Virus record (IMG/VR): IMGVR_UViG_3300028840_002431
Location: 248,001-312,000 of that record
DNA length: 64,000 bases
Reading direction: 5' to 3' (one strand)
In this document: piece by piece, positions 1 to 8,093 of the stretch
Position numbering within the stretch: position 1 is the stretch's first letter
Layout of the letters: every line of letters starts with the position of its first letter
The notes under the pieces: generated by a model
Database searches by the model: none
Told to the model about the DNA's origin: nothing
The model's input: only the letters and a program-made list of their open reading frames with translations
Translations under genes and position numbers: made by a program

Positions 1-915
1 TTTCTGGCCGACGACGAATTCCGCGAGTACACCCTCAAAGAAGCCGCGAAAGCCCTGAGAAAGCTAACCACAGAGCGAGCCAAGGAGATTGCTGCCGCTG
101 CCGAGAAGAAGACGGAAGACCTCAAGGAGGCCGCCGCTGCCCTGATGGACGGCGGCGAGATGTCGGACGAGCAAAAAGAAGCTCTCGAATCAGCGGCCAC
201 CCGCATTGGCGTCAAGGCCGGGTTCGATGCCCTGGAAGCGTCTGTGCTCTCTGGCGCGAAGTCGTTCAACAAGGGGTTGGCCAGTTATGTGGCTTCCAAA
301 GCATTAGGGCGGGCGTTGAAAAACCCAAAGGGCGTCGAAGGTCCTCCGGAGGAGGCTATCGTTCATCTCGTCGTGGGAGCCATGGGTAAGGAGATCAACG
401 GTCTTGACGACAAGGGTCTCACGGAGGTGTTAGAAAAGATGAAGCCGGAAAAGACAAAAACCAGTGCCGCTCGCGTTGCCAGCCGGTTCATAGAAGCCTC
501 CGATATACGGGTCGTGAATGTGGATTTTGTCGGAGACAGACAACCTCGCTGGGACGGCGATCCTGACTTTACCGCCGACGTTACTGTCACCTTCGACGTA
601 TCCGGCATGGCTCTGGCTCGTTTGTTCGGCAAGCAACGAAGGGTGCTGGAAGGCTTCCTCGAAAAGCTGGACGAAAAAACAGCGATCAAACGGATCGAGG
701 CTGGCGGCAGTCGCACCAGCCAAATCATGAGAGCCATCGAACCTGAGGTCAACGACCTCATCATTGACTACAACTTGAACGAGTTCGATTCTGACTCCAA
801 GGTCAGAGACTTCACACCCTCTGAGGACACATCATTCTGGGAAGCCGACATCGATCCCAGAAAGCAGAGAATCCGGTACACCATCGAGGTGGACGCGCAC
901 GGACTCTGGCAGTAG
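1..915 (+). CDS. Multi-domain hypothetical protein, 5'-truncated by the window edge; carries the internal RVASRF tag (candidate virion protein)
   Basis: Frame is open from base 1 to TAG at 913-915; KTSAARVASRFIEA (RVASRF at 472-489) separates two segments. Confidence 0.6.
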   Translation, partial: FLADDEFREYTLKEAAKALRKLTTERAKEIAAAAEKKTEDLKEAAAALMDGGEMSDEQKEALESAATRIGVKAGFDALEASVLSGAKSFNKGLASYVASKALGRALKNPKGVEGPPEEAIVHLVVGAMGKEINGLDDKGLTEVLEKMKPEKTKTSAARVASRFIEASDIRVVNVDFVGDRQPRWDGDPDFTADVTVTFDVSGMALARLFGKQRRVLEGFLEKLDEKTAIKRIEAGGSRTSQIMRAIEPEVNDLIIDYNLNEFDSDSKVRDFTPSEDTSFWEADIDPRKQRIRYTIEVDAHGLWQ

Positions 916-916
916 C

Positions 917-1819
917 TCAGGGCTGGCGCTGGAAGAACCCGGACCAGCGATCCCCAGCGGTCTCGGATGTAAAGTCCAAGGTAGCGAGAGGGGTCGAGAT
1001 CACCCCCGAAATATCGGGGGCACCGTAAACGGCTTTCCCGGTGAGGACTCTCAGGTTAGGGGCGGGTTGACACTCGCCATAACTATGAGTGTGCCCACAG
1101 AGCACCAGGATTCTATTCTCTGGGTGCTTAGCCGCCGCCGCAAGTAACATCTGACCCATGGCCTCACATGTGAACCAGGGGAGCCAACGGGAGTCAGAAA
1201 TAGCTCCTTCGTGCCAACACGCCTCTTTGAAGGGCGGGAAATGCGTGGCGAATATAACAGTCTCACGGAGTTTGAGAGCTTCCAATAGTTTGGGTTTGGC
1301 CGACTCAGCCGCCTCAACCCCCAAGGCTCTTACCTTGTCCAGAAACGCCAGCCGCCCACGGCCGCCTCTCTCTTGCCATTCGAAGCGGTTATAGAACGCG
1401 GAAAGGTCGCTGATAAGCTCGAAGTCGTTAAGGACAACATGCGATTTTTTGGGCTTTCCGATACGAGCATCAAACCACCCCTCGTGTCCTGTCAGAGCGG
1501 TCTTGTCACCCAAGAGAAAAATACCCGACCGGTCGAGCCAGGAAAGACTACCCGCAGCGGTTTCGAGTATTTCTTCTCGAACCTCCTCGAAGCTACTCTT
1601 GTAGTAGTCGTGGTTCCCCAGCGTGAAATACACTTGGCACCCGACACCTTCGGCAAACTGTTTCAGGTGCCCGGCGACGTTGTCCCCCTCACCTATGTCC
1701 CCGGTGAGCACAACTGCGTCGAACTTTCTCTCAGACGTAAGGTATCGTCCGAAAGAACGGGCGGCTCCCTTGGCGGGGAGAAAGTTCAAGTGCGGATCTG
1801 TGATCCAGAGTAGATCCAT
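917..1819 (-). CDS. Calcineurin-like metallophosphoesterase (Icc/CpdA-like)
   Basis: Motifs TDPH, TGDI, GNHD, THFPP, GHTH in canonical order. Confidence 0.9.
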   Translation of the reverse strand: MDLLWITDPHLNFLPAKGAARSFGRYLTSERKFDAVVLTGDIGEGDNVAGHLKQFAEGVGCQVYFTLGNHDYYKSSFEEVREEILETAAGSLSWLDRSGIFLLGDKTALTGHEGWFDARIGKPKKSHVVLNDFELISDLSAFYNRFEWQERGGRGRLAFLDKVRALGVEAAESAKPKLLEALKLRETVIFATHFPPFKEACWHEGAISDSRWLPWFTCEAMGQMLLAAAAKHPENRILVLCGHTHSYGECQPAPNLRVLTGKAVYGAPDISGVISTPLATLDFTSETAGDRWSGFFQRQP

Positions 1820-1842
1820 AACGCGAGCCGTTTCGGTAGAGG

Positions 1843-2253
1843 TTAGGAGGGACGCCGGTATTCGCGGGGAGGGTCCCCACGATAGTCTCGGTCATCCCGA
1901 CGGTGATTGTTCCGTCGATGGTTTCCGCCGCCATTCTTTTTACGGTAGGTATTCTCGCGTGGCTCCTGGCCGTCCAGGTGGATGATAACCTTCCGGCCGT
2001 CAAGATAGGCCGATTTGCCGAACAGATGAATTATGGCGTTCAAGGTCTGCCGGTTGCGGCCTATGACATGGCCACGGTCATCAGGATCAACAGTCAACGT
2101 CAAAAGCGTCACTGCCTTGCCACGAGCAACGTCAACTGACACCTTCTCTGGTTTGCGGACGATGGAACGTGCGAGTTCGAGCAGAAGTTCCTCTTCTGTT
2201 AGGACGAGGCTTTCTGAATCGGTGCTTATTGTTTCGGATTCGTTAGTCGGCAT
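1843..2253 (-). CDS. khpA: KH-domain RNA-binding protein, KhpA (UPF0109/YlqC) family
   Basis: ELARSIVRKPEKVSV...LTVDPDDRGHVIGRNRQTLNAI matches the KhpA pattern; basic/acidic C-terminal tail. Confidence 0.75.
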   Translation of the reverse strand: MPTNESETISTDSESLVLTEEELLLELARSIVRKPEKVSVDVARGKAVTLLTLTVDPDDRGHVIGRNRQTLNAIIHLFGKSAYLDGRKVIIHLDGQEPRENTYRKKNGGGNHRRNNHRRDDRDYRGDPPREYRRPS

Positions 2254-2719
2254 AGTCTTCCGGGTTGATTTCTTCGTCGTCGATATCTATATCGTCGTCG
2301 CTCATGTTGAGAAAAGGGTTAGAATCCGTGAGCCAACCTAACTCTTTGGCGTGTTCTCGACGGAAGCTTGGTCGGCGTGCGTATGCTAACCATTTACCGA
2401 TTTCTAGGTTGATTGGTTTACGAGTCAGATAATGGATACGTCTCTTGATTGCCTTGATGTTTCGCCCTTCGGAGGCGAGGTAGGCGTACCATTCTCGGAG
2501 AGTAAGATCTTTTTTAACAGAATTGCAGGATCGGCAACAGGTGACTAGATTAGCAGGGTTGTGCCCTTTTGTCGAGTCAAGGTGGTCCAGGGACAACCCG
2601 TAACCTAAGGGGTCAACAGGAAACACTCCCTTACACCATACACAATCAAACGAATCTCTGTGGTAGACGGCCATACGTTTGGGTAAACGTATCCAGTCCA
2701 TGCCCTTGTTGTGCGGCAT
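2243..2719 (-). CDS. HNH endonuclease
   Basis: RD..CVWC...LSLDHL...HNPANLVTCCRSCNSVK. Confidence 0.85.
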   Translation of the reverse strand: MPHNKGMDWIRLPKRMAVYHRDSFDCVWCKGVFPVDPLGYGLSLDHLDSTKGHNPANLVTCCRSCNSVKKDLTLREWYAYLASEGRNIKAIKRRIHYLTRKPINLEIGKWLAYARRPSFRREHAKELGWLTDSNPFLNMSDDDIDIDDEEINPEDYAD

Positions 2720-2731
2720 TGAGCCTCTAAA

Positions 2732-3022
2732 TCACCGACTCTTACGCCGCTTCTTGGATTTCTTCTTAGCCTTCTTAGCCTCTTCCCGGATATCTCTTTC
2801 TAACTCCCGGACGTGTGTGCGGCAATCGTCACACAGGGTACTAGGCTTCCCGTTTGGTAGGAGACGGGCCGGGTTCGGGCAGCGTGAACATAAGCCTTGT
2901 TTCTTACGTCCAGCCCGGTACTGAGCCATCTTCTTTCGTTGATGATCTAAGTGACGCTTGCAAAGGCGTTTGCCATCATGCACAACCTCACCGCAACCAA
3001 AAGCACAAAGTTTTTGAGTCAT
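2732..3022 (-). CDS. Small basic Cys-rich (zinc-finger) protein
   Basis: CAFGC, CKRH, CSRC, CDDC pairs; Lys/Arg tail; ATGA overlap with the upstream gene. Confidence 0.6.
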   Translation of the reverse strand: MTQKLCAFGCGEVVHDGKRLCKRHLDHQRKKMAQYRAGRKKQGLCSRCPNPARLLPNGKPSTLCDDCRTHVRELERDIREEAKKAKKKSKKRRKSR

Positions 3023-3438
3023 ACTATATCATCGTCCAAATGGGCAAATAGGTCTTTTGTCTCCGACTTGCCTTCTTCCGGCTCCCTGTCAGTGTACAGA
3101 GGGCCTTCTATTGTGGTTTCGCCCGTCAGGGTTAACGTGAAAGTCCTCGCTTCATCGTACGAAGCGAATTCGGAAAAGAGGTAGGCACCTTCTTTATGAT
3201 ATCTTACAGTCCAAATCGAGGGTTCGGCTTTCAATTCTTGTTCTTCGTAGACAGCCGCGACAATCTCGTCCTCATGACTCACGAGATAAGTAGCCCCTAA
3301 GTGGTCCACAACAAGACCAGGGCAGTCCGACCGTCGTGCCTCTTGATGGACTTTGGCCGCAACGAAGGCACGTCCCTCCAACAACGAGGATGCAGTTCTC
3401 ACTGTTTCGTTCTTCATAAAACGCATTGGTGACATCAT
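3019..3438 (-). CDS. Hypothetical protein with C-terminal DLFAHLDDD tag
   Basis: ORF directly follows the CCGGTGTAGAAT motif. Confidence 0.6.
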   Translation of the reverse strand: MMSPMRFMKNETVRTASSLLEGRAFVAAKVHQEARRSDCPGLVVDHLGATYLVSHEDEIVAAVYEEQELKAEPSIWTVRYHKEGAYLFSEFASYDEARTFTLTLTGETTIEGPLYTDREPEEGKSETKDLFAHLDDDIV

Positions 3439-3450
3439 ATTCTACACCGG
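3439..3450 (-). promoter_or_regulatory. Recurrent phage promoter motif CCGGTGTAGAAT
   Basis: One of about 13 intergenic (C/T)GGTGTAnnn copies at gene-block starts. Confidence 0.65.
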
Positions 3451-3523
3451 AATTATTGCGGAAGACATCGTTTTTTAGGGTCTTTCGCATGGACCTTTTA
3501 TCCGTAAGCAGTAGAGAGGACGA

Positions 3524-4738
3524 ATGACGAAAGCGACCGCACTGATGAAGTTTCTTTCCCAGGCCGCCAAACGGCTTGGGGTTGCCGACCACGTGTACAT
3601 CGTTGGAGGGGCGGTCAGAAACTACCTCATGGGTATCGCCCCCAAAGACGTGGACATGGTCATCGACTCCCTGGCTCTGGGCCGGGGAAGGGACTCTGAG
3701 TGGTTCGCAAAGAAGCTCCAAAGGGTAATCCCAGCCAGGACGAGCCTCACGACCAACCAGTACGGGGTAGCCATCCTGACGGTTGCCGACTCCTGGGAAC
3801 TGGGCGGCCACGACATGAAAGGGGAGGTGTTGGAAATCGCCAACGCCCGTAAGGAGTCGTATGGAGGCCCAGAGGGCAAAGGCTACAAACCCCACACAGT
3901 GGAACCGGCGACCATCGAAGAGGACCTCCTGAGGCGGGAGTTCACATTCAACACCCTGTTGTGGCGGCTTCTGGATCTCGAACACGGTGCCGAGAGAGCC
4001 GAAGTCATCGACCTCCTTGGCCGGGGACGCAAGGATCTGGAAGAACGACTGCTAACCACGCCTGTCGATCCGGACAAGACGTTCTCCGACGACCCTACCC
4101 GGATGCTCAGGGCCATCAAGTTCGTGGCCAAGTATGGGTTCAAGATCCCACCGGACGTGAAGGCAAGCATCCAGAGGAACGCCGGGAAGCTTTTGCGGAT
4201 GCCATGGGACGCCGTTCGTAAGATTCTGATTGAGGATATCCTCGAAGGCCCGGCTCCCCGTAAAAGCGTGAAGCTGTTACACGACCTTGGGTTGGGAGAG
4301 GTTCTCAAGGACATGCTCCAAAAGGAATCCGGTTTCGCGGCGGCGTTAACCCGGAGCCTGAGCGAGAAGGAAATCCATCTGGTCCTGGATCTTCTCGACC
4401 TGGGTTGGACCATGAAGACGCCGGTATCCTTCTTGGACGCGAAAGGGTTGAGACGCCTCCGAGAAATCCTACTGTCGAATGCGAACGACCCGGCCTTCGA
4501 GAAACGGTTCCTGGCCTCCTTGAAGAAGCCTCCCATTGATCAGGTACGCCTCTTCGAGACCTATCAGTTGAAAGGCCAGGATCGAGGTGAGGTCGCACAG
4601 TTAGCCCGTGCCGCTCTCTTGGAAGAACCGGAGCTTGCTGAGAAGCCGTCAGAGTTGGAGCGGCATGTTGAAGAGGCGGTCGAGAAGAGATTCAAACGTA
4701 CGGCACGGATCGTGAAGAGATACCTCAGGAGTCTGTAG
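3524..4738 (+). CDS. Class II tRNA nucleotidyltransferase (CCA-adding/poly(A) polymerase family), no HD domain
   Basis: YIVGGAVRN, KDVD, EDLLRREFTFN, FSDDPTRMLRAIKF; RBS GAGGA. Confidence 0.9.
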   Translation: MTKATALMKFLSQAAKRLGVADHVYIVGGAVRNYLMGIAPKDVDMVIDSLALGRGRDSEWFAKKLQRVIPARTSLTTNQYGVAILTVADSWELGGHDMKGEVLEIANARKESYGGPEGKGYKPHTVEPATIEEDLLRREFTFNTLLWRLLDLEHGAERAEVIDLLGRGRKDLEERLLTTPVDPDKTFSDDPTRMLRAIKFVAKYGFKIPPDVKASIQRNAGKLLRMPWDAVRKILIEDILEGPAPRKSVKLLHDLGLGEVLKDMLQKESGFAAALTRSLSEKEIHLVLDLLDLGWTMKTPVSFLDAKGLRRLREILLSNANDPAFEKRFLASLKKPPIDQVRLFETYQLKGQDRGEVAQLARAALLEEPELAEKPSELERHVEEAVEKRFKRTARIVKRYLRSL

Positions 4739-5237
4739 CCTCAGGTAGACGCTTTCTGACAAGGCACAACATCCGCCCCAGTTTGTTCTGGCCCGAACCA
4801 TCTTTCCCAGTACCCCAGTAATAGTCGTAAGGGGAAGCCTCCACGAGAAGTTGGTCGCCAGTAGAACGGAGAGCCGCAGTAAGGTCGTGACGTTGCGTGA
4901 ATTTTGCCACGAGCGCTGCGAACATGTAGTGGTCCTTGACCAACTCCACAACGACGCCTTGATCGTCACGGAATATATCGTGGAGATGCTTTGTGCCCAC
5001 AGAGGTTTCCCAGTCCTGTCTCATCTGACAAGCCCTTCCGAGTTTCTTTGCCAGTCCTGGTCCACCCGCGTCGGCAATACGTTGACGTTCTTCCGGCGTC
5101 GCAGCCTTACTGGCTTGGAAGAAGTGCTCGACAGTGATCCATTGCCGGTCTTCTATCTCGAACACAGCCTCGTAGAAGTTGGAAAGGAATCCGTGTGGAC
5201 CCTTAGGGCTGAAAAATTCTATCGTCATGTCTTCCAA
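4725..5237 (-). CDS. NADAR (YbiA-like) family ADP-ribose/N-glycosidase
   Basis: GFLSNFY, TVEHFFQASK, AKFTQ, LVEASPYDYYWG, GQNKLGRML. Confidence 0.9.
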   Translation of the reverse strand: MEDMTIEFFSPKGPHGFLSNFYEAVFEIEDRQWITVEHFFQASKAATPEERQRIADAGGPGLAKKLGRACQMRQDWETSVGTKHLHDIFRDDQGVVVELVKDHYMFAALVAKFTQRHDLTAALRSTGDQLLVEASPYDYYWGTGKDGSGQNKLGRMLCLVRKRLPEATDS

Positions 5238-5779
5238 TCCGAGACGAAGGGAGCCGGGTCGGCCGTAAGCTCTCGCAACGTCTCTAGGTATTTGGGTAGC
5301 ACCTTATCGAACAGAGCCACAGCATATGGCCCTCTTCGTTTTTTAACAGGAACCCGGAGTGTTATGATGCCCTTCTCCGGATCGGCCGGGAAAGTGAAGG
5401 TCGCCCCCAGGTTCTCAGTCTTCAACAGCTTTATGATCTGGTCCTCGTCCGGCGTCCCGGCTGGCCAGCCCTCGTCCTTGTAGGGCCACACTCTGCCGTC
5501 CCAGCCGAAGTCCTGGAGCAGTGAGCAGACGTGACGCTCCGTCTTCGGGTTGAAGGGAAGGCTCATGAGCAAGCCGCCGACAGATTTGGCCATCGTCTTG
5601 CTGAGCAACGCCAAACGAAGTATGACGACCGGCCAATGTTTCTTCCGGCTCGCCGTCCATCCTAACACAACAAAAGCCGGGTAAATTCCAGGACGTACGG
5701 CACCTTCCACCACGACGGCGGTGGGCACGTCTTTCCGCCCCCAAGCTTTTATATAGTCCTGTGTTCGCTGGTCTTTCAC
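5225..5779 (-). CDS. Hypothetical protein
   Basis: 184-aa ORF overlapping the NADAR start on the same strand. Confidence 0.55.
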   Translation of the reverse strand: MKDQRTQDYIKAWGRKDVPTAVVVEGAVRPGIYPAFVVLGWTASRKKHWPVVILRLALLSKTMAKSVGGLLMSLPFNPKTERHVCSLLQDFGWDGRVWPYKDEGWPAGTPDEDQIIKLLKTENLGATFTFPADPEKGIITLRVPVKKRRGPYAVALFDKVLPKYLETLRELTADPAPFVSDWKT

Positions 5780-5786
5780 GTTATTT

Positions 5787-5798
5787 CCGGTGTAGTAT
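5787..5798 (+). promoter_or_regulatory. Promoter motif CCGGTGTAGTAT, 5 nt before ATG (leaderless)
   Basis: CCGGTG-TAGTAT-taggt-ATG(5804). Confidence 0.7.
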
Positions 5799-5803
5799 TA
5801 GGT

Positions 5804-6349
5804 ATGCTTATAGATGTTTCGCGTAAGCCAATCAGGCTGATTCCAGAGGAGTGCGCGTCCGTTGTCGTCGTTCGCACGATGGCGATTCGTGGCGGTGCTT
5901 CTGGTATTATACACCAGCACATAAAGACCAAATACACGAGCAAGGACTCCTCGTTAGCCCCGACTGTTACAGTCCCCAACGGTGACGTGGAGCACATAGA
6001 GACACTTTTACCAGCCCCGAACATCCTGGTACCCAAGGTCAAAGCACAACACGGCCTACATTCCCGGCCGGAACACCACACCGTATCAGGCTACCAAGAC
6101 CTCACAACCAAACGGACCGGGACGTGGCGCGTCAATTTCATTTTCGACGGCACACAGAAAGATGACTACTTGCTCACGTTGTTCGACGAGACCAACAGTG
6201 TAATGTTGTTCACGGTCCAGATACAACCGTCGGACAACCAACTGTGGCGTGTGACAACACCTCTACGGCGTTTTCTCAATCGCCAGATGAACGACGGACT
6301 CGAAGGAGCGGACGGTCTTTGGGGCGCGGTCCTGGACGACGACTTCTAG
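5804..6349 (+). CDS. Hypothetical protein with C-terminal GLWGAVLDDDF
   Basis: 181-aa ORF directly after the promoter motif. Confidence 0.6.
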   Translation: MLIDVSRKPIRLIPEECASVVVVRTMAIRGGASGIIHQHIKTKYTSKDSSLAPTVTVPNGDVEHIETLLPAPNILVPKVKAQHGLHSRPEHHTVSGYQDLTTKRTGTWRVNFIFDGTQKDDYLLTLFDETNSVMLFTVQIQPSDNQLWRVTTPLRRFLNRQMNDGLEGADGLWGAVLDDDF

Positions 6350-6376
6350 AACCACCGAACGGTCAAGGAGGAGAGC

Positions 6377-6649
6377 ATGAAATTGAAACCCACCCACCGC
6401 GAGTTTTTCGAGGCGTTAGCGAAGCTCTGTGACCGGCACGCGGCCCAGATGGAGGGCGTCATCTGCATCGAGTTCCAGGACAACCTCCTCGCAGACGATG
6501 AGCCGGGGACCTTCGCAAAGAAGGGGACGGCAGAGGTCACGCAGGAATACTGTCTCACGCAGGTGAAGCAAGACAGCGGCGCTCACACCGTCCGGTTCCA
6601 CGACCCGAACGACACGGGCACGCGGGAGTTGTACATCGATTGCCGATAA
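6377..6649 (+). CDS. Hypothetical protein
   Basis: Strong RBS AAGGAGGAG before ATG. Confidence 0.6.
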   Translation: MKLKPTHREFFEALAKLCDRHAAQMEGVICIEFQDNLLADDEPGTFAKKGTAEVTQEYCLTQVKQDSGAHTVRFHDPNDTGTRELYIDCR

Positions 6650-6850
6650 TCAGAGCCTGGGTGTGAGCAGAGCCGTCACCCACACCAAAGCGGTCCCAAT
6701 AGCCGCAGCCGCTTGCGACGGTTGTCCGTGTCGAGAGAGCGCCCAAACCAACACGGTTGTCCCCGCCATGAAGTGTATACCCAAGCCGCCCATTAGGATC
6801 ATAACGAGTTCCTTCTTCGCAGCGGCTATCTTTGCCTTTGTTTCGCTCAT
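6650..6850 (-). CDS. Small two-TM membrane protein
   Basis: Two hydrophobic stretches; ATGA overlap with the upstream ORF. Confidence 0.5.
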   Translation of the reverse strand: MSETKAKIAAAKKELVMILMGGLGIHFMAGTTVLVWALSRHGQPSQAAAAIGTALVWVTALLTPRL

Positions 6851-7185
6851 TTCACATCCTTGACACAATCGAAGAAGTTGAGGGAGGGCTTCACGGGTTT
6901 GGTTGGTTTCCGTCCGCGTCGTAAAACCATACCGTCTTCGAACGGGACGGTTTCCTCTCTGTAGACCACGTACCAGTTCCGTTTTTTCTGGTAAACGTGA
7001 AAGCCGAGTCCGAACTGCTCGCTCGTTTCGTTCATACGCTTTTTCGTCGTGGTTGTCTTATGCCCACCGGAATCCAAGACTATACGCTTGTAGTTGAAAC
7101 CAACGACTCTCGTTCCATGGTAAATGACGTTTGTTGAGTTCTCGTCCGTGTAAACCTGAGTCCCGGTTTTTCCTATGGTCATCAC
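6847..7185 (-). CDS. Hypothetical phage protein
   Basis: Coupled to the kinase stop; GHKTTTTKKRMN motif; ends SLNFFDCVKDVK. Confidence 0.6.
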   Translation of the reverse strand: MMTIGKTGTQVYTDENSTNVIYHGTRVVGFNYKRIVLDSGGHKTTTTKKRMNETSEQFGLGFHVYQKKRNWYVVYREETVPFEDGMVLRRGRKPTKPVKPSLNFFDCVKDVK

Positions 7186-8093
7186 ACCGCTCGCTCAGGC
7201 ATCGGGAACGGTCGGTACTTGCGTTTGCCTATGGCTCGTTTGAGCACGCCATCGAACTCCTCGTGGGCGTCCCATGCGTCCTGTGGGCGTTTGGAGGGTA
7301 CCGACCAGAGACAGGTCTTTAAGAAATCTCGAACGAGCTTGGGGACAGAGTCCGACATCTGGTTGGTCGAGACATTACCCCCAACCAGCGCAACGGCACA
7401 TTTGGCAGCCATGTAGATGTCTGTAGCAGCGGTGGGGGTCTCCTTGGCCAGAATCTCCGGAGCGTAGAAATCCTTGTAAGGAGCGCTGATCGCTTTCACG
7501 TGCGGGTTCGAGAGAAAGGTGTCATCCGTCAGGTAGTCGTATAACGTCGGACCCTTCTTGGCTTTCGCCTTCTTGGGTGTGATGTCCACGGCATAGGACC
7601 AGTCGATGATCTTGGCCCCGTGGTCGGTTGGATGGATCAGCACGTGGGGCGGTATCAGAGCACCATGCACAATGCGATTCGTGTGAGCGAACCCTATGCC
7701 ATGCAGGATACGGTTGAACATCCACACCATATCCCGGAAGTCGATCCCATCTGGAAAAGCCTCCAACACTTCCGCGAGCGAGCGGTGCTCATTGAACCAA
7801 GGCAGGATGTTGACTCGCCGTTGGGACGGGACCAGGAACGAATCTAACACCCGTGGGAGAAAACGGTAAAACTTCTCGTCCTTGGCCGTCGGCGGGTACA
7901 ACCTTCCCAGGATCTTGGCTTCGTTCTCAACAAGATCATTGTCTGCGCTTTGTTTGACCACTTTGAAAACTACCGGGTACTCGTTGGTCCCGTTGAACAC
8001 TACGCAGTTATAAACGTCGCAGATGTCTCCCGACGCGAGTTTGTCAGTGAGGACGTACTTCTTGTTCTTGTGTTCGATCGCTATCGGTTCCAT
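7182..8093 (-). CDS. Ser/Thr protein kinase-like protein (atypical catalytic loop)
   Basis: LASGDICDVY, VFKV, NEAKIL, IVHGALIPPHVLI, IIDWS, YAPE, TDIYMAA. Confidence 0.8.
   Translation of the reverse strand: MEPIAIEHKNKKYVLTDKLASGDICDVYNCVVFNGTNEYPVVFKVVKQSADNDLVENEAKILGRLYPPTAKDEKFYRFLPRVLDSFLVPSQRRVNILPWFNEHRSLAEVLEAFPDGIDFRDMVWMFNRILHGIGFAHTNRIVHGALIPPHVLIHPTDHGAKIIDWSYAVDITPKKAKAKKGPTLYDYLTDDTFLSNPHVKAISAPYKDFYAPEILAKETPTAATDIYMAAKCAVALVGGNVSTNQMSDSVPKLVRDFLKTCLWSVPSKRPQDAWDAHEEFDGVLKRAIGKRKYRPFPMPERAV

Noticed and set aside
2243-2719. HNH protein as part of a restriction-modification system with dam
   Set aside because: The two genes are 34 kb apart, and free-standing HNH and orphan Dam genes are routine in phages.
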